Source: Octopus bimaculoides (lineage: Eukaryota). From it: a stretch of 64,000 bases of DNA. The DNA lies in assembly GCF_001194135.2 (NCBI RefSeq), contig NC_068987.1:105550059-105614058 (forward strand), read 5' to 3'. The notes below the pieces were generated by a model. That model searched no databases. It saw nothing but the letters and a program-made list of their open reading frames with translations, and had not been told where the DNA came from. The position numbers were made by a program, and so were the translations under genes. Of the stretch, positions 60,380-64,000 are shown in pieces. The first letter of the stretch is position 1. Each line of letters starts with the position of its first letter.

Positions 60380-62690
60380 ATAGATGCTTATCAATGAAAT
60401 GCACAAATTAGAGCATATATCTTCAGCCAAGTTGAACTCTGTTTAAAGAGCATATGGCAAAACTTCAATTGTATGGGACATGCCCATAAGTTCAGAGACA
60501 TTTGACTTATTTTCCGTTCGGATTCCTTACACAGAAGCACTTCATTGTCCCACAAAGGACTTTAGTTTTCCCACTGATACCCGAGAAAGAGAGTAAACTG
60601 AGTAAAGATCTTGAACATATCACCAGAAATAGACATCCGGTGAATGAGGAAATGTGTCGTTTGGAAGACTGTGGTACGCTACTAGAAATATAACAAACAA
60701 AAAAAAAAATCCGAAAATAAAATTGGATTAAGATGGGATTAGAGATCTTGATCCAGGTGAAACTTGTGGCACTAATAGAGACGCTAGGAGGACTGTAACT
60801 GCAGGCGGTAGTTGACGGTCGAATGGCTCGATGCTACGACTGTGGAAACACTTATCAATTCAAAGCTTTGTGCTTCAATAACAACTGAATACAGCAGCTG
60901 AAAGAAGGCCTCCACTGCTGCCAACATGACGATGCCACCACCAACAATAGCAACATCAACACAAACAACAACAGCATTTGCAACAATAGCAAGCAGCCGC
61001 AGCAACAGTGATTGGAGGAAGTTTCTACAGCAATAACAGTGGAAACAACAGCAACACAACAACAACAACAACAAAAAAAACCATCCTTAAGAGCCGTTTC
61101 ATCAACAGCAACAACAGCAGCTGAAAATCTCAAACGGCCATAACAAATCAAAAAGACAATGATCAATCCATAAAACATGCCACTCCCTTCTTGGGACCAC
61201 TCTGACATGTCGTGTAACGAAGGGAAAGGTGAGGACTCTAAATGACAAAAGGTTGCCGATATAAAGAAAAAGTAACAAAAACATGCCAACACAATAAACT
61301 GGCAGATATGAACAAATGGTGGTTGTGGTGAGATCCTTTCGACAACCCCACCACCACTACAACGGCAGCTACAACATTATTATCAACATCATTATCCTCC
61401 CATCACTTACCACAGACAGCATCATTGCAAGCACAATCACAACTGAAATCATGCCAACAGTCAGATCACACATCCAAACAAGGAAAGAAAAAAAAAGTAT
61501 TAACTACACTCAGCCATAAACACACGCAATAAAAAATCTAATGGGTTAGAAACTCCAGCACACCAACACACCAGCATCACATAAAATAGCTACATTACAT
61601 TATCTAATAGCAAACCAGTACAAATAAAAGTTATCCAGATGTCATAACACATACATCTTAAAAAATAAATACCTCAGAGAAGGAGACCAGGGGAGACAGG
61701 AACACAGACTATAAGGGCGAAAATACTGTCAGTGGATACAGCCATAACCAACCGGAGGGACCGAATATCTCTCTCTCCACAGGATTAAGGTAAGTAGTTT
61801 TTTTCTCACCTTCCATCTTCCAACTAATTTATTTACTAAGAATAGGCTGGATAAATTCAGATGGTGTGGGTCACTATGGAAACAGTGTCACTTGCTCAAC
61901 GACATCAGTTCACTTGATATGAATGTGGTGGGCATCAGCGAAGCCAGAATGAACGAGTCACTTGCCTTCATGCCAATTTTTAGTGGATACAAGCCGTACA
62001 CATCTTCAAATCAACAGGGACTGGGAGGGAGAGTAGGTGTCATGTTTCGGATCTTACGATACAGACTTCATGGACCCAGAAAATTATTTGGTGATCGTGG
62101 ATGGAAACAGTAGCGAAGAAGGTGCCTTTAGACTAGTAACTGTTTATGCTCCGACAGGGATGGGTCAGCTGGATTTCTTCAAGGCGTCTGGAGGTTTTCT
62201 TGCGAAAGCCCCCATCCTGGATGCATGCTAGGATTGAATGGAGTTAACTGATAAGAGAGGGGTGCAGAAGCCGCGCAAACCTGCTCAGACGTTTCCAGCA
62301 GTTCCAACCAGATTTTACGAATGTTTCATTGTGGATATAGACAAACTACATCGGGTCATCCAGATTGTAGGTTGTCTACATCTTAAAATCATCGGCAACA
62401 CAAACTAAAAATTTATGATCTGTAAAATCAGCCTGTATGGAATTCGTAGGCAGAAACCCGGTTTCTAAAATCTTAACGTGTCAGTCTCGGTCCGCCAGGT
62501 TTACACACTGGATTAGTGAATTAGCAAAGCGGGCGATGATGGGGCAAACGTCAACGACATTTAGTGAGTCGCACTGTAAAGGGTGATTAGAGTAATATCG
62601 ATAAGGTTTAATAAGGCCGAAGTGATAGTAGCTTTAAGAAGGGACCGTTGTGGACATAGTCGCAGCGAGATTGGCAGTCGTCTCTCACTC
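60380..62690 (+). mobile_element. Tx1/L1-like LINE 5' portion: ORF1 (zinc knuckle) and ORF2 AP endonuclease, decayed
   Basis: VVDGRMARCYDCGNTYQFKALC (~60800-60870). LRIGWINSDGVGS...LLNDISSLDMNVVGISE and DPENYLVIVD...FRLVTVYAP...FFK (61830-62200). HKFMICKI near 62410. Confidence 0.75.
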
Positions 62691-62946
62691 CACTTCAGTT
62701 TACTCTTTTCCCGAACACTGAAAGCATAGAAGAAATGTATTTAGATTCTTGTAACTCTCTCACAACTAGTTTTTCTAATATTCAAGTTCATTTCAGTCCA
62801 TCTGATTCAAGACGTGCTTTGAATAAAGTATATATTGTTTAATTAATGAAGAGTCGGCAAAAAAAATACAAACATTTAAGCTAAGCAATTCACTACGACG
62901 ATGTACTACTTTAATATACATATATTATTGCTACATTCAAGCGTGT

Positions 62947-62947
<1 letters not shown>

Positions 62948-63023
<76 letters not shown>
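62948..63023. repeat. (CA)n microsatellite
   Basis: Seen directly. Confidence 0.98.
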
Positions 63024-63028
<5 letters not shown>

Positions 63029-63329
63029 AAGTACTATACACAGCCTCATACACATATACACACATACACAGAACACACATCACTCCACACAACGCATGCA
63101 CTAGGTTGCTTATACACATACACACTCTCATACACACACACAGGCTCATATAATTTTAAGCTCGCCCACACACATATTTACACACACTCGCTCCATTCCC
63201 ACAGGCACTTACACACACCTCTCTTACATACACATACGCGCTCGCGCACCCCAGTTCAGCCGGGTCACCGCTATCATTTCACCCTCTTTCTTTCAATCAT
63301 TCATTATGTTTAACCATTAATCTCTACAC

Positions 63330-63510
63330 ATTTTTTTCTCTCTCCATTTTTTCTTTCTCGCCATTTTTCCCTCTCATGTCTTTTTGTCGAAGAGCATAGG
63401 CTCGAAACGTCAAAGACTTTTCCATTCTTCCCGAGCGTCAAACTAATACACCTGCTTCTTGTTCCCTCACCTGTCTTCGTCTTTTGTTTTCTGTAAATTT
63501 GAACTATACA
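63330..63510 (+). mobile_element. Solo Penelope-like terminal repeat
   Basis: Collinear with 36150-36265, which directly follows a GIY-YIG fragment. Confidence 0.7.
63378..63417 (+). ncRNA. Minimal type-I hammerhead-ribozyme-like motif with a degenerate core
   Basis: Stem I GTCTTT/AAAGAC; core TTGTCGA (canonical CTGANGA); stem II GAGC-ATAG-GCTC; GAAAC-GTC with palindromic ACGT. Confidence 0.5.
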
Positions 63511-63529
63511 AGTAATATTCGTAGCTACT

Positions 63530-64000
63530 TTAACATGGCTGTCCGTTCGAGTGGACCCTACTGCGATTTTTTAACCCCAAGAGGACAACTTCCCTAGCTG
63601 GTTAACGATGCACAGCTGCATCAGATAAAATTGTGAGCAGCGGGACGAACCTCTACTGTCTCCTACCGGTGAGGCCAGTAGACCAGTCCTGGTTTCAGGC
63701 TATTCTGTCACTCCTCAGTACTGGACACCTCGTCTGCTAGAGATGATAGCAGCACGCTTCTGCACGCAATATATATATATATATANNNNNNNNNNNNNNN
63801 NNNNNNNNNNNNNNNNNNNNNNNNNNNNNNNNNNNNNNNNNNNNNNNNNNNNNNNNNNNNNNNNNNNNNNNNNNNNNNNNNNGAACATATAGTCGCTGAC
63901 TTTGCAACAAACAGCTATGCTAGTTCTAAATTATCTCCAAGAGATCAATGCAGTAAGGGTTAAAAAACCGCAGTAGAATCCGTTCGGACAGCCATGTTAA
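63530..64000. mobile_element. TTAA-flanked MITE (piggyBac-like by target site), gap in the middle
   Basis: Left end TTAACATGGCTGTCCG...CTACTGCGATTTTTTAACCC. Right end GGGTTAAAAAACCGCAGTAG...CGGACAGCCATGTTAA. Internal TCAGTACTGGACAC and GCTAGTTCTAAA are shared with 28877-29420. Confidence 0.8.

Overview
A 64-kb, AT-rich, repeat-saturated eukaryotic window from a gapped short-read scaffold (13 N-gaps, most abutting microsatellites). I found no host protein-coding gene, rRNA, genuine tRNA or CRISPR array that I can support. Most ORF-track entries are artefacts of microsatellites, gaps or decayed transposons. From memory, the SINE repertoire resembles families abundant in Octopus genomes; this is an unverified inference. 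The window holds four tRNA-headed SINE families (A, B, D, E; about 25 copies, two with 13-15 bp target-site duplications) and fragments of RTE, CR1, R4/Dong-like, Tx1/L1-like and Penelope-like retroelements. It also holds a decayed hAT transposase, two internally deleted Tc1/mariner (DD37D/maT-like) copies, and several MITEs and fold-back elements. The most interesting leads are: (1) a decayed P-loop/SF3-helicase-like relic at about 390-1300 with CRESS-virus-Rep-like motif spacing and an overlapping antisense ORF, a possible endogenous viral element; (2) a minimal, dimer-type hammerhead-ribozyme-like motif in a Penelope terminal repeat at 63378-63417; (3) a CR1 LINE 3' end that shares its tail with SINE family B, a candidate LINE-SINE partnership; (4) a TTAA-flanked fold-back MITE family; (5) a purine-rich minisatellite with six conserved anchors; and (6) an 87-bp perfect direct repeat 1.45 kb apart. 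All protein assignments come from manual translation and motif recall, not database searches.
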